Assembly (NCBI GenBank): GCA_054600435.1 | Contig: BAAIJX010000006.1 | Location: 372,001 to 436,000 of the forward strand | Length of the DNA: 64,000 nucleotides | Source: Neophaeotheca triangularis | Lineage: Eukaryota | Reading direction: 5' to 3' | In this document: one piece after another, positions 26,830 through 38,746 of the stretch | How the letters are laid out: each line of letters begins with the position of its first letter | How positions within the stretch are numbered: position 1 is the first letter of the stretch | The notes under the pieces: generated by a model | Databases searched by the model: none | What the model saw: the letters and a program-made list of their open reading frames with translations, nothing else | Told to the model about the DNA's origin: nothing | Translations under genes and position numbers: made by a program

Positions 26830-28145
26830 TTAGGAGATGGGGCTCCAAGGGCAGGGGACGAGGATCTTGCTCTTCATGGTCTGAATGAGCGGAACCGTGC
26901 GGTGGACCGTCTCGCCCTAGAATCGAACGTATTAGCAATCCGAAACGAGTGGAAGAAAGGAAGAAGCTCCACTCACCCAGCCAGGCTGAACCCAGCTCTG
27001 CTCACGCCTCGCGCGCCTCTCCTCGAGGTCCGCAAACTGCCAGAGGTGGTGCACAGTGTTGAGGTCGCCAATCTGGCAGAACCAAGCACCGACACCCTGC
27101 CATGGATCGTCAGCTTTCTCTACGTAAGCAATTGTACCATCGGTCTGTCTCACCTCCATGACCTTCTTGCGGGCATCGAGGCCGGTGCGCCAGTGACTCT
27201 CCCACTCCAACAAGCTGCCGGGGTTCAGGGTGTAAGAGCGAAGCTCGAAGACACCACCAAGCTTGCGGGGGGCTGAAGTTGGCCAGAAGGAGAATTCCTG
27301 CATAAGCGAAGTGCGCTTGGAGTTGATGAGGGACTTGAGCTTGCGGTCAAACTCGGGGAACTCGGGATGGTGCTGAATGTTGTTGAGACTCTCGTGGTAG
27401 CCGGAGTAGCGCTGGTACTCCCAGATGTGGACTACTTCCTAGTTAGCAAACGTTCCCCCTTGGTCAATCGAGTATGCTCAAGCTTACCGAAAGTATCGCA
27501 ATCGCCAACCTCCGTCCTCCAGCTGCCGACCAAGTTGACCTTATTCTCCGGCATACCAGCCACCTTCGGATACCAGCTTCCCACCAACTCGGTGTACTCG
27601 TCGACCTTGTCTGGCTTGACCTCGTGGAAGACAATGCTGTGCACATATTTGCCCCTAGCTAGTACTTGTGAGAAACTACGTTCGAGTTCACGGTCCATCT
27701 CCCTGCCCTCCTCTGTACCGTAGATGAAGCTGCTGAGTCGGCCGGGTTGCTTCTTGGAGCCATCGTCGTTGGTTTGCTGCTTCGCGGCTTCGCCTGTCTC
27801 GGAAGACGAGTGAGTGCTAAGATCACCGAGTGGAGTGACGTCGGCAGCGGGTGAGTTCTGGGAACCAGACAGAGAAGAGGGGGTAGACTTAGACTCGGAA
27901 TACTGACGCTCTCTTTGCTCTCTCTCGCGTTTTTTCTTGGAGTAGTTCTCGCGGAAGTCCTTCTGCTTAGCGTCGAAGATGTGGCCTTGGTCGGGCTTCA
28001 CGTCGGCGAGCGCGGGGGCTTTGCCTTGAGCCTGGTAGGAGGTGTTGCTGGTGAAGGAGCGTAGAGCTGCATTGTTGATGGCAGAGGCAGTAGTGGTCGA
28101 CTTGGACAAGATGGGCCTGCTGGCCGAGCGCATGAACAGTGCCAT
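26830..28145 (-). CDS. NIPSNAP family protein, predicted mitochondrial
   Basis: Arg/Ser-rich presequence; HSIVFHEVKPDK..LVGSWRTEVGDCDTF..HIWEY; GGVFELRSYTL.PG.LLEWE; ends KILVPCPWSPIS*. Introns 27432-27487, 27097-27153 and 26917-26976. Confidence 0.92.
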
Positions 28146-29219
28146 GGTGACAGATCAAGTACTTGCTTGCGGGGAGTGAAGTGAAGGGTTTGGAGTGAGA
28201 GATGGGAATGCAGTGAGAATAGTGTTGGGTGTCACTGAATGTTTGCTTCCAGTCGAGATCCGGGTCACCGGCGCCGAGCAATGGCAGAGTCGGCTAAGCA
28301 GAGGCAGAGAGAGAGAGAGCAGGAGAGCAAACAGCTTCCGGCCCAAGGAGCAGTACCTAGTCGTTCAGTCGCGTGTGAGTGGTTGGAGGAAGGGTTCGGA
28401 GGGGGTTCGTGAGGAAGGATGAGGTACAGAGTGAAGGTACATGTACAACAAGTAGGTAGGTAGAAACGTGGAGGCCCCAGCTGCCCCGCGCGGAAACGCA
28501 CTTCCCGGCCTTGGCAGGGCCAGACCTCACCTCTGAGGGTTGAATGCCTTGCTGCCTGATGCGAAGACCATCTGGAATTCTTCCAAGCTCACCTCGCCAC
28601 GCCTGCATTCTATATCGTTCTTAGTATGGGATCACTTCGAAGAACACCAAGGGGTGCTACACGGCGTTGCACCTAAGAATGTACATGTGAGCTCAGCCAA
28701 CCCGCAATTACACCACTCCACCAGCTCGAAAAGCACAGCGGGCGCTACAAATGCATCGACAGCAGCTGGTCAGACTTCGATAGGTCTTTTCAATACGACA
28801 AACATCTTCAAAGACACCGTCGTAGCATATACTCAGAGACGCTCGGCTCCCCGGCCGCTTTCAAATGCTTGGTGCCGGGCTGCAAACGGTCTACGGGTAA
28901 GAGATTTGCCTTTTAAGTACAATTGGCGCAGGCGCATGAGGGATTCGCAGGGGGTCAGGGTTCGAATTGTAGACAAAGAGCTAGCTAGCACTGGAGTACT
29001 ACGGCAACTTCTCGAGCAATTGCAAAAGCCCCTGAAGTCTAAACAAGCCCCTGTTTACCTCTACTAGATCCCGCCATCGCACAAGGGGAAACACTACACC
29101 AAGCAAAACAAAGCAATCGTAGAAGTCGCCTCGCCCATTCTGCCTCCCTTCTTCCAGCGCTCAGGTAGTAGTAGGGTAGTCTGAAGGAGGACGAGCCTAA
29201 AGGCCAACGAGCCACGTTC

Positions 29220-29720
29220 TCAACGCGAAGGCGGCGGGATTCCCTGGATCCGGCGCTGGGGCGAAGGGTTCGAACCAGGAGCTAGCGGCCCCGTGCGCCC
29301 TGGGATCCGGCGCTGAGGCGGAGGGTTCGAACCAGGAGCTAGCGGCCCTGTGCGCCCTGGGATCTGGCGCCTAATCGTAGGAGCTTGAATTCCCGTGCCG
29401 ACATGACGATGATATGGCGGCAGCTGCCTTGCCGGTTTCTGCGCGACAGCGGGCTGCTCAGGCTTGACTTCCACCGAGAGCGTGATGGTGCTGCCGGCAG
29501 TTGCGGGCACATTGATAGTGGTCGGGTTGTTGGGATCAACCTTCACCGTCACAACCTTGGGGCTCGTGTCCGGGGTAACGGGTGCGGGTGACGGCTTTTC
29601 GCCGGGCCTGGTGGGTTTGGGACGCACTGTCACTTGTCGGGAGCTGCTCGGAGTCAAGGCTCCGTTGAAGCTGTTTGGCCTACAAGAGCTGCATCCATCT
29701 CCGGATTGGGGTGGAGACAT
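29220..29720 (-). CDS. Hypothetical Pro-rich 166-aa protein with an internal 19-aa tandem repeat
   Basis: Good start context (CACC-ATG) after a C/A-rich leader, and the 57-bp repeat unit preserves frame. No recognisable family. Confidence 0.45.
   Translation of the reverse strand: MSPPQSGDGCSSCRPNSFNGALTPSSSRQVTVRPKPTRPGEKPSPAPVTPDTSPKVVTVKVDPNNPTTINVPATAGSTITLSVEVKPEQPAVAQKPARQLPPYHRHVGTGIQAPTIRRQIPGRTGPLAPGSNPPPQRRIPGRTGPLAPGSNPSPQRRIQGIPPPSR
29246..29370. repeat. 57-bp tandem repeat, ~2.2 copies
   Basis: The GGATC-initiated unit recurs at 29246, 29303 and 29360; it encodes RIPGRTGPLAPGSNP(P/S)PQR. Confidence 0.9.
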
Positions 29721-30660
29721 GGTGGTCGGTTTGATGAGTGCCGGGGTGTTGTGGGAGATTGTGGTAGGTTGGTCGGTAGGTATGTGGGTTAGAATCAGTT
29801 GTTGGTATTGATTTGGAGGATGTGGTGTTGAGAGTGTGTAGAGAAAGAGCTGTAGGTTTCGAGAGCAAGAGGAGCTGAAAATATAGCCCAGAAACGGGCA
29901 TGGCTGTGACTATGACAAGGACGACCTCAGTTACCGGCTACCTTCGTAAAAGTTGATGCCAGTCACCTTACCGCTATAACGCGGATCCATCGTGAGGGTC
30001 AGCAGTGACTTGCACTCACGCTAGGAGAGGAAATGAAGAAAGGAAATCGGTCGTGATTTCATAGGCTTTAATGCTGTGACCGCGTGTTGCATGCCAATTA
30101 ATTGCGAGTAGGGTGGCAATCAACGAACATCCTCCCTATAGCCGTGAGTAGTCTCACAGCCTCCCTCGGCAATCAGTGGCTCGGATTGCAAATGTCGATC
30201 GTGAGTTCCGAGCGTGAGTTTTTGAGCATGAGACCACGATCGAAAAGGTGAGCCTTTAGCCATATGCCTACATCGCTGCACCGGGAGGATTAAAAGGTCT
30301 TTTCCGGTGCAGAGTTCTGAAACCGTTTCGATCAGGGATATGTTGGCAAGTGCTGGGTAGCAACTACGTCTGATCTGTCTAATACCGGTGAATGCAAGGT
30401 GTAGCTGTGGTGATCAAGACGAAGTGGACCTGTCGATAGACAGAGGAAAGAGCATCGAGGTGAGGTGGGGTGAGGTGAGGCGAGGTGAAATTGAGTTGCG
30501 CACTGACGTTCCCTCTGGCATTTCATTGATAACCAATGAATTTACTAATCAAAGTTGGAGCTTCCTTATCTCCGACCACCCCACCAAGCGCGTCCGAGTC
30601 GTCCAAAGTCCAAACATACCACAAAGTTGCAGGTGAGGATGTCCATGTATTTCTGACCTT

Positions 30661-31932
30661 ATGGCGGCATCACTAACGACTCTCCTCTCCAAGAGGGCAA
30701 CTACGTGTCTGAAGGCCCTGCCAAAGCAGACTCTACGACCATCAACATGTCGTTCATTCCAAACGGCAGCGCCGCCGGGCAAGCTCCCTGACTTCGCCTT
30801 TGCATTTGAGTAAGTGATACCAGCAGTGTTCAGGACGTTCTGTATCTCTGAGCTGCATGCTAATCAAAACCACAGCATCGATGGCGTTCTACTACGTTCC
30901 TCTACCCCCATTCCCGGCGCTTCCAAAGCCCTTCGTTACCTCCAAAGCGAACGAATCCCCTTCATTCTCCTCACCAATGGCGGCGGCAAAAGCGAGGAGG
31001 ATCGAGTCCAAGAACTTCAAGATAAGCTGGACGTTCCGTTGGACACCTCCATGTTTGTGCAATCGCACACGCCATTCGCAGACATGACCGATCTCCACGA
31101 GAAGACCGTGCTTGTCACCGGAGGCGATTACGATAAATGCCGCGCAGTAGCACAAGGCTACGGCTTCAAGAACGTCGTAATGCCCGCAGATATTGTAGCC
31201 AGCTACCCGGAGATCTGGCCATTCAGCCACGTCTTTTCCGCCTACTACTCCGCCTTCGCTAAACCGCTTCCCGCCCCCATCAACCCCTGCTCACCCAACA
31301 CCAGCCTCAAAATCGACGCCATCTTCGTCTACAACGACCCGCGAGACTGGGCGCTAGACAGCCAGATCATCATCGACCTCCTCCTCTCCGACAAGGGAAT
31401 AATGGGGACCCTATCTCCCTCCAACGGCGACGCCTCTCTCCCCAACCACGGCTACCAGCAATCCTCGCAACCGCACCTCTACTTCTCCAACCCCGACCTC
31501 TGGTGGGCGGCCAAATATCACCTTCCACGCCTGGGACAAGGCGGTTTCCGCGAAGCCTTTGCGGGGCTTTGGGCGGCCGTCACTAACGGCGCCACGTTGG
31601 ACAAGACCGTCATCGGCAAACCCTATCAGACTACCTACGAGTTCGCCGAGCGGAGACTGCGCGCTCACCGGAAAGCGCTGCTGGGGCAGCTGGGGTTGAA
31701 CGACCCGCTGAGGAGGGTGTACATGGTTGGCGATAACCCTGAAAGCGATATCAAGGGTGCTATGAGGTATCGTTCGCCTTTCGAGACTCAGTGGCAGAGT
31801 GTTTTGGTTAGGACGGGGGTGTATCCCGGTGGTGAGCCGGAACCGCAGCCGACTATCATTCTGGATGATGTTCAGAGGGCTGTTGAGTGGGCTGTGGAGG
31901 ACTCGAGGAAGAAGGGCGAAAATATCATGTGA
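30661..31932 (+). CDS. HAD-superfamily subfamily IIA hydrolase (CECR5/YKR070W-like), predicted mitochondrial
   Basis: Transit-like N-terminus; FAFAFD|IDGVLLR spans an intron at ~30810-30875; FILLTNGGG, IGKP, YMVGDNPESDI. Confidence 0.9.
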
Positions 31933-32064
31933 GAGATGGTGTATACCCAGAAGCTACTAGGCATCTTCGACATGGATTCGCGCGCTGGGAAAGTGTGTAC
32001 CAACGCAGTTTCCTTGCTCTGCCGACTTAGAAATAGTAAATCAATTCAGCCTCAAGGCGAAACT

Positions 32065-33286
32065 CTATTCCCACGACTTCCCCGTCAGCTTCTCGTACGC
32101 CTCACGGTACTTCTTCTCGGTCTCCTTGACAACTGCATCAGGCATCTTCACGCCCGGCTTCCCCTTTAGGCCCTCGCTCGTCAACCAGTCTCGCAAGTAT
32201 TGCTAAAGCAGAAGTCAGCGAAATTCCATGAGGCAAGATCAACGCAGGGTGTCCCACCTTGTCGTAGCTCGCCTGCGTCTTGCCAAGCTCATACTGGTCC
32301 GCCGGCCAAAATCGCGAGCTGTCCGGGGTAAGAACCTCATCCACCAGCACGACCTCCTTGGTCTCGGGGTCCATTCCAAACTCAAACTTGGTATCAGCGA
32401 TGATAATACCCCTCTCGGCAGCATAATCATGAGCCTACAAAACGATGGGGGAAAAAAAGTCAGTACACAGAAAACAGCCATCAAAGGTAGCACTATCACA
32501 CAACTCACAATCTGATAAATCCGCAAACTCAACTCCTCAACCTTACCCGCCACCTCACGCCCCACGACCTCCGCCGCCCTCTCGGGAGAAATATTCTCAT
32601 CATGCTCGCCCTGCTCCGCCTTGGTACTCGGCGTCCAAAGCGGGACGGGCAACTTCTCGCTCTCGCGCAATCCCTTGGGCATAGCGATGCCATGCACGGT
32701 GCCGTGTTTGCTGTACTCGGACCACGCGGATCCCGTGATGTAGCCACGGACGATTGATTCCAGGGAGATCAGCGGGTAGCGGCGGACAGTCATGCTGCGT
32801 TTGGCCAGAGAGAGGTTTTGCGGGGGCGGGATGGTGGAGGGGATTCGTGAGGTTTGGAGGTGGGTTTTCAGGGTCGGCAGGGCGGTGCGGAGGTGCGCGA
32901 ACCAGTGCGTGCTTAGTTGGGTTAGGAGGGCGCCTTTGGAGGGGATGCCCTGGTGGGTGGGAGAAGGGTTAGTTTTTATGGACTCTTTTTGTTATGTATA
33001 GATGTGGTTTGAGGGCATGTGTGGGTTTCTCATTTTTTGTAGTTGGGCTGGTGTGCTGCCTCTTGAAGTCCCTTGTCTGGCGCGGTCTCAAAGAAATGAA
33101 GTAAACAATGCGCCAAAAACGACCTACATTCTCCATGATAACATCGTAGGCGGATATCCTGTCTGTAGCGACAAAGAGCAGTGTCTCCTGGTCGACCTCA
33201 AAGATTTCGCGAACTTTGCCGCTCGCAATCTTTTTCAAGCCATACTGCTCGAGATTGATGTTGGTGACTACCTCATTGTCTGCCAT
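32065..33286 (-). CDS. ADE1: SAICAR synthetase
   Basis: [74 protein letters not shown]; ends [12 protein letters not shown]. Three introns. Confidence 0.96.
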
Positions 33287-33869
33287 GGCTGGTGATGATT
33301 TTTGCTTTTGAAATGGGAGTGTGTGGTTACAGTAAGGTATTGGCCAAGTGCGGTATGTAGCATGTAGTACGTACTATGTAGTTTCATTGCCATGCGCAGA
33401 CTCACAAAGCTCGGGTTTTGCGGCGGGGCTCCATCATTATTCACCTCACGGCTTTCATATGCAGGTACCAAACCCTAACATTGGAAGTCTTCCGCCACCG
33501 CATCTCTAACCAGAGGGGTATACTCTCCACGCGAATGGAGTGCCCAGGCTGTTTCGTTATTTAACCTCAGACAGCATCCCGGCCTATTATGTGAATAATG
33601 TCAAACATGAGATCGGGTGAAGTCCGATCAAGCTGTGGATGGCTGCGGTAATCGTCCAATCGCTGCAAGATGACGATTGGTGAGGTCACTTCTAGACTTT
33701 TTGAACCATGAGATGAGGAACGCCATCATTACCATACTCCTTTGCCTTTGACATATCTACGTATACTTTGATCTTCACCTGAACCCATACACCCATTTGA
33801 AACCAATCTATTTTTGCCTCAATCAATTTACTCTCACCCAAAACCAAACAAGCAGCATAAACCAGCAAA

Positions 33870-35002
33870 ATGTCCAGCGACCCAGTCTCCGCGTATGAGG
33901 TCAAGACCACTCCCCAGGACCAGTCTGGCGGCCCTGGTCTGGACTCTGCCATGAACCCCGTTGCCAACTGGACTCAGCTTGAAGACTGGGACAACGACGG
34001 CAAACCCTACCTTCGGGAGTACGAGGGTCGTGGCTTGTTGAAGGGCAAGTCCGCAATCATTACTGGTGGCGACTCTGGTATCGGACGCTCAGTAGCGATC
34101 CTCTTCGCCAAGGAGGGCGCCGACGTTACATTCGTGTACCTCCCCGAGGAAGAGAGCGATGCGAAGGAGACTGTCAAAGCTATCGAGAAAGAGGGCAGGA
34201 AGGCAATTTCTCTGGCCCTTGACCTGAAGGAGGAAGCCAACTGCCGCAAGGTCGTGGACGAGCACGTGAAGAACTTTGGCAAGATTAACGTCCTTGTCAA
34301 CAACAGTGAGTCGACGCTCCATCCACCATTGCGTGCAACCTTTTGAAGCGGCCGTCTTCTTGAAAGTCCAAACAGAATACTAACATGTTTCTCTCAGGCG
34401 CCATGCAAGAGATGTGTTTCGACATCAAGGACATCGACCTCAGCGTCGTCGAGAAGACCTACCGTCTCAACATTCTGCACATGTTCGCCATGTGCAAGTT
34501 TGGTAAGCCTTCATAACCTTTGCTGGCCTAATCGAAGTAATCGAATTTAACGCGCAATAGCCATCCCTCACATGCCTCGAGGCTCCAGCATTGTCAACTC
34601 CTCATCCGTCGCAGCGTACATGGGTAACCCAACCCTGTGCGACTACTCCTCGACAAAGGGCGCCATTACCACCTTCACCCGTAGCTTGGCCCAGCAGCAA
34701 GCCTCCAAGGGCATCAGGGTCAACGCCGTTGCCCCTGGCATCATGTAAGCTCACCCTCTACGACATGCTCGTATACACCGCGCCCAGGACTAACAAGCAA
34801 CAGCTGGACCCCTCTTCAGCCCGCTACCAAGGGCAACCCACCCGACGCTCTCAAGGGTCTCGGTATCGGCGCGGAGCCCATGAACAGGCCGGGCATGCCC
34901 GTTGAAGTCGCGACTGCGTACGTGTTCCTCGCCTCGCCGCTCGGTTCCTACACGACTGGCGAGTGTATCCACGTTGCCGGTGGTATTGAGATGCAAGGTT
35001 AA
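33870..35002 (+). CDS. Classical short-chain dehydrogenase/reductase (glucose/ribitol dehydrogenase, YhdF-like)
   Basis: AIITGGDSGIGR, DYSSTKGAI (YxxxK), GIRVNAVAPG; introns 34306-34397, 34503-34560 and 34745-34803. Confidence 0.92.
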
Positions 35003-37744
35003 GGAAACTTGAAAGGATTTTTGCCGGCAAAACTGGCTCTAGACTAGATAACGAGATCCGCGACGTACGTACGTAGTTACATTGTAATGTAGATTTTGAT
35101 GAGTCCAGAATGTCACTCTGTATAGTCCGCGGTTTGTCTTCGAAAAGCCCTTTGGCCATAAGATGGTTCGTGACGTCCTCTGCCAGACCAACTTAGAACA
35201 GTCGTAATAGCTGTAGTCGACGCAAAGGTAAAGCTGACAGTAAAGAGACCTTGAATGCAGTTGCAACCTACAAAGGCAAGGACAGGCAGAGGAAAAGTAC
35301 AGTACCTGACTTGCTTTGCTCGCTTATTTCCTGCCTTACCAAAAGAAGCAACCCCTTTTCCCCGCACGCACGCCTGAGCAGCAGCCGGAAAGGCCCGAGC
35401 AAGCTAGCTTTGTTGTTGAGTCTAAATCAACCTCTAGTAAGGTACTCTCTCGAAGACCATACCTTCGAAACCTCTGTTTTATAAGACAACCTCGCTGCCA
35501 GGATTCTGAGCTTTCGATTCGTTTGCTACGGCCTTATAATTGTGGTCTGTCTCTGGGTCGACGCTACGACATTGCTGCCAAGGGTATCTTACGCACGAGA
35601 CGCTTTGGACGTTTGGCTGCTACCTCTCGAGATTCGCCAGCAGTTCTTGACGAGAAATAGTGTGCTATGTCACCCGGGCTCGTCGCGGCTGAGCCGTAGT
35701 GGATGGCCACCATGGGTCTGCCATACCACTGGCCTCGGGCGTCTGAGAGCCGTGAGACGACCAGTCTTCCTGGGTCCGTACGCGACAATAATGTGAAGGC
35801 AGGAAGCGCACCACGCTAGCTCGCTGACCCCTGTCAAACCGCGACCGCTTGAGAAGATTTGTCCAATGTCGAGGAGTGAAGTCTTGCGGCCACACCCCAG
35901 TCAGAGCAAGCGTCCGAGAACCACGCAACTGCCACGGGGGCCGCCTTGCCCGGCTCATTGGCTCCTTACTCCGGGCCCGCAGGATATCGTAGAAGCTACC
36001 CACCGCCCTCCCAAACGAGAACAGCAACGAGCGTATGGAGGTGGGCATGCAAGGACAGCAGTGTGGGCGGCCTGGGGTTAGCGAAAGAAAGGCTGGACAC
36101 TGAGGCGTTTGGGTTCCTGACCGCTTTTTTATGCCGTCGCCGACTGTGTCAGGGCAGAAGTCTACTCCAGGGCGCTCGCTGCCGGGAATGTCCGGCTTCT
36201 TGCCAGAGGTGCACTCGGTTGAGAAGACGTTTGGATAGGCTAGCGAAGCAGGGCCAGAGCGTCGCTACTAGTACCCTGGGCATTGCATCCTGCTGTAGCC
36301 GGATTATGCGCCTCTGTCGCTAACTAGGAATTCCGTCAGCTGCGTTCTGCTGGGCGCGCAAACGATAAAGTAGGTCCACCCAATGCGCGAGCCGAGTACT
36401 CCGTCTGTCTTTGAGGTAGTACACGAGCCCCCCAGTCCTAAGTCTCTCCGTCTTCATCTGTTCACTGCACGGCCAGGATTCCATTTAAGAATACCCGAAG
36501 CCGGCCCAAAACGCTGTGAGCGGCTTGTCATCGTACATCATCCCGAGGCCGCATGTGATGACCGGCTCCGAATAAACCTAAGCTTGTGAATAATTAACGT
36601 TAGCATTGCTTCAACTGACTCGCCCAAGGGCAGGGGTAGAACCACAGTCTCTCAGATGCCACCAGTATCGCACTTCTTCCACGAGCCCGCAGCTGCTCCT
36701 GATGAGACATCAGTACCATTGGCTTGCGTCGATCGACCGACCAGATGATCCACACCGTGTGAGTCCTCCCGCCTGTATGTGTCTCAATTCCTTGCTGACT
36801 GTTTGCCTCCACACGTGTCCACGGCCCATAGCGTGTCATCGTTCTGAACACCAGCCAGCGCAACCACAGCTGCGAGTGCCCCCGCCATCTTGCGTACTCT
36901 TGTCCAGATCCTGCATGCGCCATCATATGCTCGCGAGAGGAAGGCCAATTGGCCGAGCCAGCTTCTGCGCCGGGGGATCGAGCGTCTTTGCAGAATAAGT
37001 TAGGCAAACTGCGCGAGCCTTGTGGTCCACGTCTTCTATCCGTATGGCCAGAAGGCAACCGCAGAAATCCAGAGATTGCGCGAGCTGAGTAAGAGCCGTG
37101 GTCTCGCTGTCCCGTGATCTTAAGGTGCCTGATCATCGGCCTGGCACGCTTCTACAATCTCGCGGTCATTTTCGCTTGCGAACGGTGTTCTTGTCGAAGA
37201 CATGGACAGCCTACGTATAAGTCGGCGACACCGTGTACGGAGTTGCTCGTGGAATGCTACTGCGCAAAGCGTGCGTTGCGTGCCTGCTCACCCGGGAGCC
37301 AAGAAAGCCTCCATGAGCCGCCGCTCTTATTGATCCACCTCACCTCACCTAATTGCGACAACAAAGCTGACCGAAACCCGACCTTTACAATAGGAAGAAA
37401 GTCACGAAATAGCAAAGCTGAGGGAAGAAACAACGTGAGTAGGTGAGGGTGATGTGCATGAACACGTTTGAAGAACTACGTGCCATGTCTTGATGGTGAT
37501 GACAGTGAAAAAGCTAAGTACATTGATGATTCCCTCGACGCCATTTTTGCCACCCATGGGTATCTCTCGCGAATGCCGTGCGCCGGTGAAGTGAGCTAAT
37601 AACCGTCCCCATAACCCCCGAAACGAATCTAATCACGAGCAAAAATATTAGTAATTGTTGTTGAGCAAGTTTGAAAGAAAAGGCGAAAGAAGGCGAAGAG
37701 GGGCGGCAGCGGCGTTGAAGATTGTCGGTGGATGATGAGTGCGT

Positions 37745-38746
37745 CTAAGGGCGCACGTAGCGCGCGACGCGGTAGCATCCGAAGGCCGGGATCATAGTCT
37801 CGTACTGACGGATAGCGGTCTTCATATGGCCGTAGTTGGCGAAGTCGACGATGATGCACGGCGCTAGACCGTAACGAAGCGCCTCAAGCGGACTCGGCGT
37901 GAAGAAAGCGCGGATGGCGAAGCCGGGGAACATGGCCTGAACCTCCATTTGTGTCGGCTGAATGCAGTCCCAACGAGAGACCACCAGGGAGCGAACGGCC
38001 GTAGAGCGTTCGACGCGAATCCGCCGGTCACCAATGCTGATGGCATTGCCGTGGTATTCAGCAACCTGTGTCGAGGTCATGTTCTGGGAGAGAAGTTAGC
38101 GAGGGGCTTCTATCCGCCGTCATACAGGCAGATGACATACCGTGAATTGAAGAATTGCGGTTGGCTTCTCCGTGGCGGATGGGTTGCGGTTGACCTTGCA
38201 GTAGACCGTGCCGAAGTAGCTGAAACGGGCGATGAGCATCTCGCAAAGCTGGCAGTCGAAAGATTTGTTCGGGAGGCTGGGATCGAGGTTAGAAATGATC
38301 CTGTGGGAAAGATCAGGAAGAGGAGCAACTTACTTTCCAACGAAGAGCGTGCAGTTGGCACCATACTGCATCTGAGACTGGGCGAAAGCAGCCAGACGTT
38401 GCATGTAGAGCTGGTGGTTCGGTGGCGGCGGCATGCCGACGGAAGCTGGAGCGAACGCAGGAGCAGAAGCTGCAGCGGTGACCTGGCTGGCGACGGCAGG
38501 GGTCACTGGGCCGGAGGAGGGCTGGGAAGCAAGCGCTGCTGGAGAGGAAGATGAGCTGACGGTCGACCTGTTGTCGCTGTTGTCGGCGTAAGATGAGTTG
38601 CCACCGGTGACAGGCGACGACGAGGTGAGCCCCTGCTCGTCCGGTGCAACAAGGCAGCCAGAGGAGGCAGGGCGAAGCGGAGCCGCCGGCGTGTTGGGAA
38701 TGACGAGCTCCATCTTCGGAGTGGAAGGGACCGACTGGGTAGCCAT
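37745..38746 (-). CDS. RRM RNA-binding protein, ~295 aa, divergent Rim4-like architecture
   Basis: Removing two 57-nt introns (38277-38333, 38084-38140; GTAAGT/GTATGT donors, CTAAC branch points) joins three ORF pieces into ANCTLFVGNLP...FSYFGTVYCKVNR..KPTAILQFT..IGDRRIRVERSTAVRSLVVSR (RNP2/RNP1), followed by a degenerate second RRM. Confidence 0.75.

Noticed and set aside
28540..29067. 175-aa plus-strand ORF
   Set aside because: TTG start, no motif and no coding-like bias.
30536..30695. Possible upstream exon and intron for the HAD hydrolase
   Set aside because: The available acceptors give frames that hit stops; the ATG at 30661 gives a sensible transit peptide.
33470..33480. AAACCCTAAC telomere-like word
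   Set aside because: A single copy, with no array or other telomerase RNA evidence.
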